Shown here piece after piece: positions 35,901-50,900 of a stretch of DNA of 64,000 bases. The stretch covers positions 89,900,001 to 89,964,000 of the forward strand of contig OZ296658.1 of NCBI GenBank assembly GCA_965655095.1, given 5' to 3'. This stretch comes from Haplodiscus bocki (taxonomy: Eukaryota). The notes under the pieces were generated by a model that did not search any database, was not told where the DNA came from, and was given only the letters and a program-made list of their open reading frames with translations. Numbering within the stretch: position 1 is the stretch's first letter; each line of letters opens with the position of its first letter. A program made the position numbers and the translations under genes.

Positions 35901-38900
35901 GATATAAATCTAAAGACGAATATTTCGGTTTTTAATAGAGTTTGGATCGCCTTTCTCTTCCTCTAATTCCATCAGCTTCTCCCAATGTGTCTCGGGTTCT
36001 TCCGTATAAGGCTGTTTTGCTCAGTAGAAATCTCTTCGGGATTTGTATTTTCTTTCATCTTTTCCGGAATTTATCTTTTCAATAGGAGCCATCGGTTACA
36101 TAATTTGATCTGTCTGTCCGTTTTAATTTAAACGCTTCTACTCGGTATGCAGATCTTGTGCTTTGGTCTGTTATTTGGGGTCCCAGTACTCAAAGAAACT
36201 GTTGTTGTACCTCTCTTCTTTTGTGTTACAGCCTGTTTCAATTATAGCTTCTTATCTGAACAACGATCTCAATTCTAAATTACATTTTATCTTCGTGTAC
36301 TGCTTCAATCTTTCCAACTATTGTCGATGTTCCTAGTTTTTGTCCCATCTGTTCTCTTAAGCGAAGCACGTATTCGAATATTTCCTCCGGTCATATCTTC
36401 CTACCACCTCGGTAAGGCTTTTCGCGTAAAAGTCAAAGTATGAAAATCCGGCTGACTGCTCCATGTTCCACACTACGGTCAAAATTTCAAAGGTAATCGG
36501 TGGCAAATTCTTTTCAAATGGAGTCACAGAGAATCAAAATTGTGATGGTTACGGCACGGTTCAATAAGTAAAAGTCAAACAACAATTCAAAGTTTACTAA
36601 TGTTCACAAAAATATTGTTCTTCGGTAAGAAGAATGATAAGGTTACGTAATCGCACAATCTATATAGCAAAAATCGAAAATATTTGAAAAAACAACCGTT
36701 CAAAACGCGGATGAACAGATTGGACCGGTTCTCGACATATCATTCAAAACAATTTTCCCATTAATTTGGCTGTTTTCCTCCTAGTTGGTTCTTAGAAAAA
36801 AATTGCATGAGCGATTTTTTCGAGTCATCTTTGATTCCTTAATTTTTCAGCTACAACTGCAATGTTTCCAATCTTTCAACAAAGTTTTGCGGACATCTTG
36901 AGATCTGGCATTTACTGGTAATGGGTTTTGGGCAGTGTGATCTCTTTATCCCGCGGTATCATTGTAACGAGTGATAATGTGTCGATAACAAATTATTCAA
37001 CGTTTCAGTCGATTTTAGGGTCATCGTCAATTGAAATTAATTGCCTGTCAAAGGTTTTGAATTCAGTTACTACAATGATCGATGCCTTTGAAACTGTGCG
37101 TGTTAACTCCTATTTCGCTAAATATGTTGACTTTTTGCCGCTTCCGTTGCTAAAATTTACATGTTTTTGCGGAGTGTCCTTTCCTTTTATATACTGGCAT
37201 TTTTACTCTAAAGCCCGCATTTATGGTGAAAGTTCAAGTTCGATCCGTTACAATATGTTCAAATTCTAAACCACGAAAAAAAAACTTCGTGTCTTTCGTG
37301 CTCCGTATTTTCTAGCATTTTTTTTCGTTTTGGTTTTTCGTCAATTTGTTTTTTGCTTAGATTATTGCATTAACTTCTATGTTCTAAGTTCAAGTTTTAT
37401 TTTATTTTTGTCGTACGTCATCTATACGTCTTCGACAATTTTCGGCAAGTATAGGTCGTTTTCTTTCACCAGTTGGGCCCCTAACATTTCATCGGTGATT
37501 GATATAATTCTAAAAACGAGTATTTCGGTTTTTAAAAAAGTTTGGATCGCCTTTCTCTTCCTCTAATTCCATCAGCTTCTCCCAATGTGTCTCAGGTATT
37601 TCCGTATAAGGCTGTTTTGCTCAGTAGAAATCTCTTTAGGAATTGTATTTTCTTTCATCTTTTCCGGAATTTATCTTTTCAATAGGAGCCATCGGTTACA
37701 TAATTTGATCTGTCTGTCCGTTTTAATTCAAACGCTTCTACTCGGTATGCAGATCTTGTGCTTTGGTCTGTTAGTTGGGGTCCCAGTACTCAAAGAAACT
37801 GTTGTTGTACCTCTCTTCTTTTGTGTTACAGCCCGTTTCAATTATTGCTTCTTATCTGAACAACGATCCCAATTCTAAATTACATTTTATCTTCGTGTAC
37901 TGCTTCAATCTTTCCAACTATTGTCGATGTTCCTAGTTTTTGTCCCATCTGTTCTCTTAGGCGAAGCACGTATTCGGATATTCCCTCCGGTCATGTTTTT
38001 CTACCACCTCGATAGGGCTTTTTCGGTAAAAGTCAAAGTATGAAAATCTTGTTGACTGCTCCATGTTCCACCCTACGGTCAAAATTTCAAAGGTATTCAG
38101 TGGAAAATTCTTTTCAAATAGGTTCACAGGGAACCAAAACTGTGATGGTGTGATGGTTACGGCACGGTCCTTTTTTCAAGAGTCAAACAACAATTCAAAG
38201 TTTACTAATGTTTACAAAATTATTGTTCTTCGTAAGAAAAATGATAAGGTTACGTAATCGCACAATCTATATAGCAAAACTCGAAAATATTTGAAAAAAC
38301 AACCGTTCAAAACGCGGATGAACAGATTGGACCGGTTCTCGACATATCATTCAAAACAATTTTCCCATTAATTTGGCTGTTTTCCTCCTAGTTGGTTCTT
38401 AGAAAAAAATTGCATGAGCGATTTTTTCGAGTCATCTTTGATTCCTTAATTTTTCAGCTACAACTGCAATGTTTCCAATCTTTCAACAAAGTTTTGCGGA
38501 CATCTTGAGATCTGGTATTTACTGGTAATGGGTTTTGGGCAGTGTGATCTCTTTATCCCGCGGTATCATTGTAACGAGTGATAATGTGTCGATAACAAAT
38601 TATTCAACGTTTCAGTCGATTTTAGGGTCATCGTCAATTGAAAATAATTGCCTGTCAAAGGTTTTGAATTCAGTTATTACATTGATCGATGTCTTTGAAA
38701 CTGTGCGTGTTAACTCCTATTTCGCTAAATATGTTGACTTTTTGTGCCTTCCGTTGCTAAAACTTACATGTTTTTGCGGAGTGTCCTTTCCTTTTATATA
38801 GTGGCATTTTTACTCTGAAGCCCGCATTTATGGTGAAAGTTCAAGTTCGATGCGTAACAATATGTTCGAATTCCAAACCAAGAAGGAAAAATCTTCGTGT

Positions 38901-41900
38901 CATTCGTGCTCCGTATTTTCTAGCATTTTTTTCCTTTTCGTTTTTCGTCAATTTATTTTTTTTTGCTTAGATTATTGCATTAAGTTCTATGTTCTAATTT
39001 CATTAAGTTTCATTTTATTTTTGTCGTACGTAATCTATATCTCTTCGAACAAGGTTTGGCAAGTGTAGGTCGTTTTCTTTCATCAGTTCGGCCCCTAACA
39101 ATTTATCGGTGATTGATATAATTCTAAAAACGAGTATTTCGGTTTTTGAAAAAGTTTGGATCGCCTTTCTCTTCCTCTAATTCCATCAGCTTCTCCCAAT
39201 GTGTCTCAGCTATTTCTGTATAAGGTTGTTTTGCTCGGTAGAAATCTCTTCGGGATTTGTATTTTCTTTCATCTTTTCCGGAATTCATCTTTTCAATAAG
39301 AGGCATCGGTTACAAAATTTGATCTGTCTGTCCGCATTAATTTCAAACGGTTGTTTTCGGTATGCCAATCTTGTGCTTTGGTGTATTGATTGGGGTCCCA
39401 GTACTCAAAGAAAGTGTTGTTGTACCTCTCTTCTTTTGTGTTATAGCCTGTTTCAATTATAGCTTCCTATTTGAAAAACGATCTCAAATCTAAATTACAT
39501 TTTATCTTTGTGTACTGCTTCAATCTTTCCAACTATTGTCGGTGTTTCTAGTTTTTGTCCCATCTGTTCTCTTAGGCGAAGCACGTATTCGGATATTCTC
39601 TCCGGTCATGTTTTTCTACCACCTCGGTAAGGCTTTTCCGGTAAAAGTCAAAGTATGAAATTCCTGCTGACTGCTCCATGTTCCACCCAACGGTCAAAAT
39701 TTCAAAGGTATTCAGTGGAAAATTCTTTTCAAATGCGTTCACAGGGAATCAAAACTGTGATGATTACGGCACGGTCCTTTAAAAAAGAATCAAACAACGA
39801 TTCAAATTTTACTAATGTTTACAAAAATATTGTTCTTCGATAAGAAGAATGATAAGGTTACGTAATCGCACAATCTGTATAGCAAAACTCGAAAATATTT
39901 GAAAAAGCAACCGTTCAAAACGAGGGTGAACAGATTGAACTGGTTCTCGACATATCATTCAAAAGAATTTTTCCATTAATTTGGCTGTTTTCCTCCTTGT
40001 TGGTTCTTAAAAAAATTGCATGATCGATTTTTTCGAGTCATCTTTGATTCCTTCATTTTCAGCTGCAACTGCAATGTTTACAATCTTTTAACAAAGTTTT
40101 GCCGACATCTTCAGATCTGTTATTTACTGGTAATAGGTTTTGGTCATTCTGATCTCTTTATTTCGCGGTATCATTGTAACGAGTGATAATGTGTCGATAA
40201 CAAATTACTCTACGTTTCAGTCGATTTTAGGGTCATCGTCAATTGAAATTAATTGAGTGTCAAAGGTTTTGAATTCAGTTATTATATTGATCGATGTCTT
40301 TGAAACTGTGCGTCTCAAAACCTATTAAGCTAAATATGTTGATTTGTTGTCGCTTCCGTTGCTAAAATTTACATGTTTTTGCGGAGTGTCCTTTCCTTTT
40401 ATATAGTGGCATTTTTACTCTGAAGCCCGCATTCATGGTGAAAGTTCAAGTTCGATCCGTTACAATATGTTCAAATTCTAAACCAAGAAGAGAAAAGTCT
40501 TCGTGTCATTCGTGCTCCGCATTATCTAGCATTTTTTTCGTTTTGGTTTTTCGTCAATATCTTTTTTGCTTGGAGTGTTGCATTAAGTTCTGTTATTTTA
40601 TATCTGTCGTACAAAATGTACAATTGTTCGATTAATTTCGGCAAGTGTAGGTCGTTTTCTTTCATCAGTTCGGCCCCTAAAAATTTATCGGTGATTGAGG
40701 ATATAAATCTTAAGACGAGTATTTCGGTTTTTAAAAAAGTTTGGATCGCATTTCTCTTCCTCCAATTCCATCAGCTTCTCCCAATGTCTCTAAGGTTCTT
40801 CCGCATAAAGCTGTTTTGTTCAGTAGAAATCTCCTTGGGAATTGTATTTTCTTTCATTTTCTCCGGAAATTATCTTTTCAATAAGAGGCATCGGTTACAT
40901 AACTTGATCTTTCAGTACGCTTTAATTTCAAACGGTTCTTTTCGGTATGCCGATCTTGTGCTTTGGTGTATTGATTGGGGTCCCAGTACTCAAAGAAAGT
41001 GTTGTTGTACCTCTCTTCTTTTGTGTTATAGCCTGTTTCAATTATAGCTTCCTATTTGAACAACCATCTCATTTCTAAAGTACACTTTCCCTTTGTGTAC
41101 TGCTTCAATCTTTCCAACTATTGTCGGCGGTTCTAGTTTTTGTCCCATCTGTGCTCTTAAGCGAACCAAGTATTCGAATATTTCCTCCGGTCATGTTTTC
41201 CTACCACCTCGGTAAGGCTTTTCGCGTAAAAGTCAAAGTATGAAAATCCTGCTGACTGCTCCATGTTGCACCCTACGGTCAAAATTTCAAAGGTATTCGG
41301 TGGCAAATTCTTTTCAAATGGATTGACAGAGAATCAAAACTGTGATGGTTACGGCACGGTTCAATAAGTAAAAGTCAAACAACAATTCAAAGTTTACTAA
41401 TGTTTACAAAAATATTGTTCTTCGATAAGAAGAATGATAAGGTTACGTAATCGCACAATCTGTATAGCAAAACTCGAAAATATTTGAAAAAGCAACCGTT
41501 CAAAACGAGGGTGAACAGATTGAACTGGTTCTCGACATATCATTCAAAAGAATTTTTCCATTAATTTGGCTGTTTTCCTCCTTGTTGGTTCTTAAAAAAA
41601 TTGCATGATCGATTTTTTCGAGTCATCTTTGATTCCTTCATTTTCAGCTGCAACTGCAATGTTTACAATCTTTTAACAAAGTTTTGCCGACATCTTCAGA
41701 TCTGTTATTTACTGGTAATAGGTTTTGGTCATTCTGATCTCTTTATTTCGCGGTATCATTGTAACCAGTGATAATGTGTCGATAACAAATTATTCTACGC
41801 TTCCGTCAACTTTAGGGTCATTGTCAATTGAATTCTTTTGCCTGTCGAAGGTTTTGAATTCGGTTATTACATTGATCGATCTGTCTTTGACACTGCGCGT

Positions 41901-44900
41901 GTTAACTCCTAGTTCGCTAAATATGTTTATTTTTTGTGGCTTTCGTTGCTAAAGCTTACATGCTTTTGCGGAGTGGCCTTTCCTTTGACATAGTGGCATT
42001 TTTACTCTGAGGCCCGCATTTATGGTGAAAGTTCAAGTTCGATCCGTTACAATACGTTCAAATTCTAAACCAAGAAGAAAAAATCTTTGTGTCATTCGTG
42101 CTTCCTTTGTTCTAGTATTATTTTTCCTTTTCGTTTTTCGTCAATTTCTTTTTTTGCTTAGATTATTGCATTAAGTTCTATGTTCTAAGTTCATTAAGTT
42201 TTATTTTTTTTGTCGTACGTAATCTATAACTCTTTGACAATTTTTGGCAAGTGTATGTCGTTTTCTTTCATCAGTTCGGCCGCTAACATTTCATCGGTGA
42301 TTGATATAAATCTAAAAACGAATATTTCGGTTTTTAAAAAAGTTTGGATCGCCTTTCTCTTCCTCTAATTCCATCAGCTTCTCCCAATGTGTCTCAGCTA
42401 TTTCTGTATAAGGTTGTTTTGCTCGGTAGAAATCTCTTCGGGATTTGTATTTTCTTTCATCTTTTCCGGAATTCATCTTTTCAATAAGAGGCATCGGTTA
42501 CAAAATTTGATCTGTTTGTCCGCATTAATTTCAAACGGTTCTTTTCGGTTAGCCGATCTTGTGCTTGGGTGTGTTGGTTGGGGTCCTAGTACTCAAAGAA
42601 AGTGTTGTTGTACCTCTCTTCTTTTGTGTTATAGCCTGTTTCAATTATTGCTTCTTATTAGAACAACTATCTCATTTCTAAAGTACATTTTGCCTTTGTG
42701 TACTGCTTCAATCTTTCCAACTATTGTCGCTGGTTCTCGTTTTTGTCCCGTCTGTTCTCTTTAGCGAAGCACGTATTCGAATATTTCCTCCGGTCATGTT
42801 TTCCTACCACCTCGGTGAGGCTTTTCGCGTAAAAGTCAAAGTATGAAAATCCTGCTGACTGCTCCATGTTGCACCCTACGGTCAAAATTTCAAAGGTATT
42901 CGGTGGCAAATTCTTTTCAAATGGATTCACAGAGAATCAAAACTGTGATGGTTACGGCACGGTTCAATAAGTAAAAGTCAAACAACAATTCAAAGTTTAC
43001 TAATGTTTACAAAAAAATTGTTCTTCGATAAGAAGAATGATAAGGTTACGTAATCGGACAATCTGTATAGCAAAACTCGAGAATATTTGAAAAAGCAACC
43101 GTTCAAAACGCAGATGAACAGATTGAACTGGTTCTCGTCATATCATTCAAAAGAAATTTCCCATTAATTTGGCTGTTTTCTTCCTTGTTGGTTCTTAGAA
43201 AAAATTGCAAGAGCGATTTTTTCGAGTCATTTTTGATTCCTTATTTTTTCAGCTACAGCTGCAAAGTTTCCAATCTTTCAACAAAGTTTTGCGGACATCT
43301 TGAGATCTGTTATTCACTGGTAATGGGTTTTGGGCATTCCGATCTCTTTATCCCGCGGTATCAGTGTAACGAGTGATAATGTGTCGATAACAAATTACTC
43401 TACGTTTCAGTCGATTTTAGGGTCATCGTCAACTGAAATTAATTGACTGTCAAAGGTTTTGAATTCAGTTATTATATTCATCGATGTCTTTGAAACTGTG
43501 CGTCGCAAAACCTATTAAGCTAAATATGTTGATTTTTTGTCGCTTCCGTTGCTAAAATTTACATGTTTTTGCGGAGTGTCCTTTCCTTTTATATGGTGGC
43601 ATTTTTACTCTGAAGCCCGCATTCATGGTGAAAGTTCAAGTTCGATCCGTTACAATATGTTCAAATTCTAAACCAAGAAGAGAAAAGTCTTCGTGTCATT
43701 CGTGCTCCGCATTGTCTAGCATTTTTTTCGTTTTGGTTTTTCGTCAATATCTTTTTTGCTTGGAGTGTTGCATTAAGTTCTGTTATTTTATATCTGTCGT
43801 ACAAAATGTACAATTGTTCGATAAATTTCGGCAAGTGTAGGTCGTTTTCTTTCATCAGTTCGGCCCCTAAAAATTTATCGGTGATTGAGGATATAAATCT
43901 TAAGACGAGTATTTCGGTTTTTAAAAAAGTTTGGATCGCCTTTCTCTTCCTCTAATTCCATCAACTTCTCCCAATGTGTTTCAAGTTCTTCCGTATAAGG
44001 CTGTTTTGCTCACTAGAAATCTCTTCGGGATTTGTATTTTCTGTCATCTTTTCCGGATTTCATCTTTTCAGTAAGAGGCATCGGTTACAAAATTTGATCT
44101 GTCTGTCCGCATTAATTTCAAACGGTTGTTTTCGGTATGCCGATCTTGTGCTTTGGTGTATTGATTGGGGTCCTAGTACTCAAAGAAAGTGTTGTTGTAC
44201 CTCTCTTCTTTTGTGTTATAGCCTGTTTCAATTATAGCTTCCTATTTGAACAACCATCTCATTTCTAAAGTACACTTTCCCTTTGTGTACTCCTTCAATC
44301 TTTCCAACTATTGTCGGTGGTTCTAGTTTTTGTCCCATCTGTTCTCTTAAGCGAAGCAAGTATTCGAATATTTCCTCCGGTCATATTTTCCTACCACCTC
44401 GGTAAGGCTTTTCGCGTAAAAGTCAAAGTATGAAAATCCTGCTGACTGCTCCATGTTGCACCCTACGGTCAAAATTTCAAAGGTATTCGGTGGCAAATTC
44501 TTTTCAAATGGATTCACAGAGAATCAAAACTGTGATGGTTACGACACGGTTCAATAAGTAAAAGTCAAACAACAATTCAAAGTTTACTAATGTTTACAAA
44601 AATATTGTTCTTCGATAAGAAGAATGATAAGGTTACGTAATCGCACAATCTGTATAGCAAAACTCGAAAATATTTGAAAAAGCAACCGTTCAAAACGCGG
44701 ATGAACAGATTGAACTGGTTCTCGACATATCATTCAAAAGAATTTTCCCATTACTTTGGCTGTTTTCCTCCTTGTTGTTCTTAGAAAAAGAATTGCATGA
44801 GCGATTTTTTCGAGTCATCTTTGATTCCTTCATTTTCAGCTGCAACTGCAATGTTTACAATCTTTTAACAAAGTTTTGCCGACATCTTCAGATCTGTTAT

Positions 44901-47900
44901 TTACTGGTAATAGGTTTTGGTCATTCTGATCTTTTTATTTCGCGGTATCATTGTAACCAGTGATAATGTGTCGATAACAAATTATTCTACGCTTCCGTCA
45001 ACTTTAGGGTCATTGTCAATTGAATTCTTTTGCCTGTCGAAGGTTTTGAATTCGGTTATTAAATTGATCGATCTGTCTTTGACACTGCGCGTGTTAACTC
45101 CTAGTTCGCTAAATATGTTTATTTTTTGTGGCTTTCGTTGCTAAAGCTTACATGCTTTTGCGGAGTGGCCTTTCCTTTGACATAGTGGCATTTTTATTCT
45201 GAGGCCCGCATTTATGGTGAAAGTTCAAGTTCGATCCGTTACAATACGTTCAAATTCTAAACCAGGAAGAAAAAATCTTTGTGTCATTCGTGCTTCCTTT
45301 GTTCTAGCATTTTTTTTCCTTTTCGTTTTTCGTCAATTTCTTTTATTGCTTAGATTATTGCATTAAGTTCTATGTTCTAAGTTCATTAAGTTTTATTTTT
45401 TTGTCGTACGTAATCTATAACTCTTCGACAATTTTTGGCAAGTGTATGTCGTTTTCTTTCATCAGTTCGGCCGCTAACATTTCATCGGTGATTGATATAA
45501 ATCTAAAAACGAATATTTCGGTTTTTAAAAAAGCTTGGATCGCCTTTCTCTTCCTCTAACTCCATCAGCTTCTCCCAATGTGTCTCAGCTATTTCTGTAT
45601 AAGGTTGTTTTGCTCAGTAGAAATCTCATCGGGATTTGTATTTTCTTTCATCTTTTCCGGAATTCATCTTTTCAATAAGAGGCATCGGTTACAAAATTTG
45701 ATCTGTCTGTCCGCATTAATTTCAAACGGTTGTTTTCGGTATGCCGATCTTGTGCTTTGGTGTATTGATTGGGGTCCTAGTACTCAAAGAAAGTGTTGTT
45801 GTACCTCTCTTCTTTTGTGTTATAGCCTGTTTCAATTATAGCTTCCTATTTGAACAACCATCTCATTTCTAAAGTACACTTTCCCTTTGTGTACTCCTTC
45901 AATCTTTCCAACTATTGTCGGTGGTTCTAGTTTTTGTCCCATCTGTTCTCTTAAGCGAAGCAAGTATTCGAATATTTCCTCCGGTCATGCTTTCCTACCA
46001 CCTCGGTAAGGCTTTTCGCGTAAAAGTCAAAGTATGAAAATCCTGCTGACTGCTCCATGTTGCACCCTACGGTCAAAATTTCAAAGGTATTCGGTGGCAA
46101 TTTCTTTTCAAATGGATTCACAGAGAATCAAAACTGTGATGGTTACGGCACGGTTCAATAATTAAAAGTCAAACAACAATTCAAAGTTTACTAATGTTTA
46201 CAAAAATATTGTTCTTCGATAAGAAGAATGATAAGGTTACGTAATCGCACAATCTGTATAGCAAAACTTGAAAATATTTGAAAAAGCAACCGTTCGAAAC
46301 GCGGATGAACAGATTGAACTGGTTCTCGACATATCATTCAAAAGAATTTTCCCATTACTTTGGCTGTTTTCCTCCTTGTTGTTCTTAGAAAAAGAATTGC
46401 ATGAGCGATTTTTTCGAGTCATCTTTGATTCCTTCATTTTCAGCTGCAACTGCAATGTTTACAATCTTTTAACAAAGTTTTGCCGACATCTTCAGATCTG
46501 TTATTTACTGGTAATAGGTTTTGGTCATTCTGATCTTTTTATTTCGCGGTATCATTGTAACCAGTGATAATGTGTCGATAACAAATTATTCTACGCTTCC
46601 GTCAACTTTAGGGTCATTGTCAATTGAATTCTTCTGCCTGTCGAAGGTTTTGAATTCGGTTATTACATTGATCGATCTGTCTTTGACACTGCGCGTGTTA
46701 ACTCCTAGTTCGCTAAATATGTTTATTTTTTGTGGCTTTCGTTGCTAAAGCTTACATGCTTTTGCGGAGTGGCCTTTCCTTTGACATAGTGGCATTTTTA
46801 CTCTGAGGCCCGCATTTATGGTGAAAGTTCAAGTTCGATCCGTTACAATACGTTCAAATTCTAAAGCAAGAAGAAAAAATCTTTGTGTCATTCGTGCTTC
46901 CTTTGTTCTAGTATTACTTTTCCTTTTCGTTTTTCGTCAATTTCTTTTTTTGCTTAGATTATTGCATTAAGTTCTATGTTCTAAGTTCATTAAGTTTTAT
47001 TTTTTTTGTCGTACGTAATCTATAACTCTTCGACAATTTTTGGCAAGTGTATGTCGTTTTCTTTCATCAGTTCGGCCGCTAACATTTCATCGGTGATTGA
47101 TATAAATGGAAAAACGAATATTTCGGTTTTTAAAAAAGTTTGGATCGCCTTCCTCTTCCTCTAATTCCATCAGCTTCTCCCAATGTGTCTCAGCTATTTC
47201 TGTAAAAGGTTGTTTTGCTCAGTAGAAATCTCTTCGGGATTTGTATTTTCTTTCATCTTTTCCGGAATTCATCTTTTCAATAAGAGGCATCGGTTACAAA
47301 ATTTGATCTGTCTGTCCGCATTAATTTCAAACGGTTCTTTTCGGTATGCCGATCTTGTGCTTTGGTGTATTGATTGGGGTCCCAGTACTCAAAGAAAGTG
47401 TTGTTGTACCTCTCTTCTTTTGTGTTATAGCCTGTTTCAATTATAGCTTCCTATTTGAACAACCATCTCATTTCTAAAGTACACTTTCCCTTTGTGTACT
47501 GCTTCAATCTTTCCAACTATTGTCGGTGGTTCTAGTTTTTGTCCCATCTGTTCTCTTAAGCGAAGCAAGTATTCGAATATTTCCTCCGGTCATGTTTTCC
47601 TACCACCTCGGTAAGGCTTTTCGCGTAAAAGTCAAAGTATGAAAATCCTGCTGACTGCTCCATGTTGCACCCTACGGTCAAAATTTCAAAGGTATTCGGA
47701 GGCAAATTCTTTTCAAATGGATTCACAGAGAATCAAAACTGTGATGGTTACGGCACGGTTCAATAATTAAAAGTCAAACAACAATTCAAAGTTTACTAAT
47801 GTTTACAAAAATATTGTTCTTCGATAAGAAGAATGATAAGGTTACGTAATCGCACAATCTGTATAGCAAAACTTGAAAATATTTGAAAAAGCAACCGTTC

Positions 47901-50900
47901 GAAACGCGGATGAACAGATTGAACTGGTTCTCGACATATCATTCAAAAGAATTTTCCCATTACTTTGGCTGTTTTCCTCCTTGTTGTTCTTAGAAAAAGA
48001 ATTGCATGAGCGATTTTTTCGAGTCATCTTTGATTCCTTCATTTTCAGCTGCAACTGCAATGTTTACAATCTTTTAACAAAGTTTTGCCGACATCTTCAG
48101 ATCTGTTATTTACTGGTAATAGGTTTTGGTCATTCTGATCTTTTTATTTCGCGGTATCATTGTAACCAGTGATAATGTGTCGATAACAAATTATTCTACG
48201 CTTCCGTCAACTTTAGGGTCATTGTCAATTGAATTCTTTTGCCTGTCGAAGGTTTTGAATTCGGTTATTACATTGATCGATCTGTCTTTGACACTGCGCG
48301 TGTTAACTCCTAGTTCGCTAAATATGTTTATTTTTTGTGGCTTTCGTTGCTAAAGCTTACATGCTTTTGCGGAGTGGCCTTTCCTTTGACATAGTGGCAT
48401 TTTTACTCTGAGGCCCGCATTTATGGTGAAAGTTCAAGTTCGATCCGTTACAATACGTTCAAATTCTAAACCAAGAAGAAAAAATCTTTGTGTCATTCGT
48501 GCTTCCTTTGTTCTAGTATTACTTTTCCTTTTCGTTTTTCGTCAATTTCTTTTTTTGCTTAGATTATTGCATTAAGTTCTATGTTCTAAGTTCATTAAGT
48601 TTTATTTTTTTTTTGTCGTACGTAATCTATAACTCTTCGACAATTTTTGGCAAGTGTATGTCGTTTTCTTTCATCAGTTCGGCCGCTAACATTTCATCGG
48701 TGATTGATATAAATGGAAAAACGAATATTTCGGTTTTTAAAAAAGTTTGGATCGCCTTCCTCTTCCTCTAATTCCATCAGCTTCTCCCAATGTGTCTCAG
48801 CTATTTCTGTAAAAGGTTGTTTTGCTCAGTAGAAATCTCTTCGGGATTTGTATTTTCTTTCATCTTTTCCGGAATTCATCTTTTCAATAAGAGGCATCGG
48901 TTACAAAATTTGATCTGTCTGTCCGCATTAATTTCAAACGGTTCTTTTCGGTATGCCGATCTTGTGCTTTGGTGTATTGATTGGGGTCCCAGTACTCAAA
49001 GAAAGTGTTGTTGTACCTCTCTTCTTTTGTGTTATAGCCTGTTTCAATTATAGCTTCCTATTTGAACAACCATCTCATTTCTAAAGTACACTTTCCCTTT
49101 GTGTACTGCTTCAATCTTTCCAACTATTGTCGGTGGTTCTAGTTTTTGTCCCATCTGTTCTCTTAAGCGAAGCAAGTATTCGAATATTTCCTCCGGTCAT
49201 GTTTTCCTACCACCTCGGTAAGGCTTTTCGCGTAAAAGTCAAAGTATGAAAATCCTGCTGACTGCTCCATGTTGCACCCTACGGTCAAAATTTCAAAGGT
49301 ATTCGGTGGCAAATTCTTTTCAAATGGATTCACAGAGAATCAAAACTGTGATGGTTACGGGACGGTCCTTTAAATAAGAGTCAAACAACAATTCAAAGTT
49401 TACTAATGTTTACAAAAATATTGTTCTTCGATAAGAAGAATGATAAGGTTATGTAATCGCACAATCTGTATAGCAAAACTCGAAAATATTTGAAAAAGCA
49501 ACCGTTCAAAACGCGGATGAACAGATTGAACTGGTTCTCGACATATCATTCAAAAGAATTTTCCCATTACTTTGGCTGTTTTCCTCCTTGTTGTTCTTAG
49601 AAAAAGAATTGCATGAGCGATTTTTTCGAGTCATCTTTGATTCCTTCATTTTCAGCTGCAACTGCAATGTTTACAGTTGTTCAACAAAGTTTTGCGGACA
49701 TCTTGAGATCTGTTATTTACTGGTAATAGGTTTTGGTCATTCTGATCTCTTTATTTCGCGGTATCATTGTAACCAGTGATAATGTGTCGATAACAAATTA
49801 TTCTACGCTTCCGTCAACTTTAGGGTCATTGTCAATTGAATTCTTTTGCCTGTCGAAGGTTTTGAATTCGGTTATTACATTGATCGATCTGTCTTTGACA
49901 CTGCGCGTGTTAACTCCTAGTTCGCTAAATATGTTTATTTTTTGTGGCTTTCGTTGCTAAAGCTTACATGCTTTTGCGGAGTGGCCTTTCCTTTGACATA
50001 GTGGCATTTTTACTCTGACGCCCGCATTTATGGTGAAAGTTCAAGTTCGATCCGTTACAATACGTTCAAATTCTAAACCAAGAAGAAAAAATCTTTGTGT
50101 CATTCGTGCTTCCTTTGTTCTAGTATTATTTTTCCTTTTCGTTTTTCGTCAATTTCTTTTTTTGCTTAGAGTATTGCATTAAGTTCTATGTTCTAAGTTC
50201 ATTAAGTTTTATTTTTTTGTCGTACGTAATCTATAACTCTTCGACAATTTTTGGCAAGTGTATGTCGTTTTCTTTCATCAGTTCGGCCGCTAACATTTCA
50301 TCGGTGATTGATATAAATCGAAAAACGAATTTTTCGGTTTTTAAAAAAGTTTGGATCGCCTTTCTCTTCCTCTAATTCCATCAGCTTCTCCCAATGTGTC
50401 TCAGCTATTTCTGTATAAGGTTGTTTTGCTCAGTAGAAATCTCTTCGGGATTTGTATTTTCTTTCATCTTTTCCGGAATTCATCTTTTCAATAAGATGCA
50501 TCGGTTACAAAATTTGATCTGTCTGTCCGCATTAATTTCAAACGGTTCTTTTCGGTATGCCAATCTTGTGCTTTGGTGTATTGATTGGGGTCCCAGTACT
50601 CAAAGAAAGTGTTGTTGTACCTCTCTTCTTTTGTGTTATAGCCTGTTTCAATTATAGCTTCCTATTTGAACAACCATCTCATTTCTAAAGTACACTTTCC
50701 CTTTGTGTACTGCTTCAATCTTTCCAACTATTGTCGGTGGTTCCAGTTTTTGTCCCATCTGTTCTCTTAAGCGAAGCAAGTATTCGAATATTTCCTCCGG
50801 TCATGTTTTCCTACCACCTCGGTAAGGCTTTTCGCGTAAAAGTCAAAGTATGAAAATCCTGCTGACTGCTCCATGTTGCACCCTACGGTCAAAATTTCAA

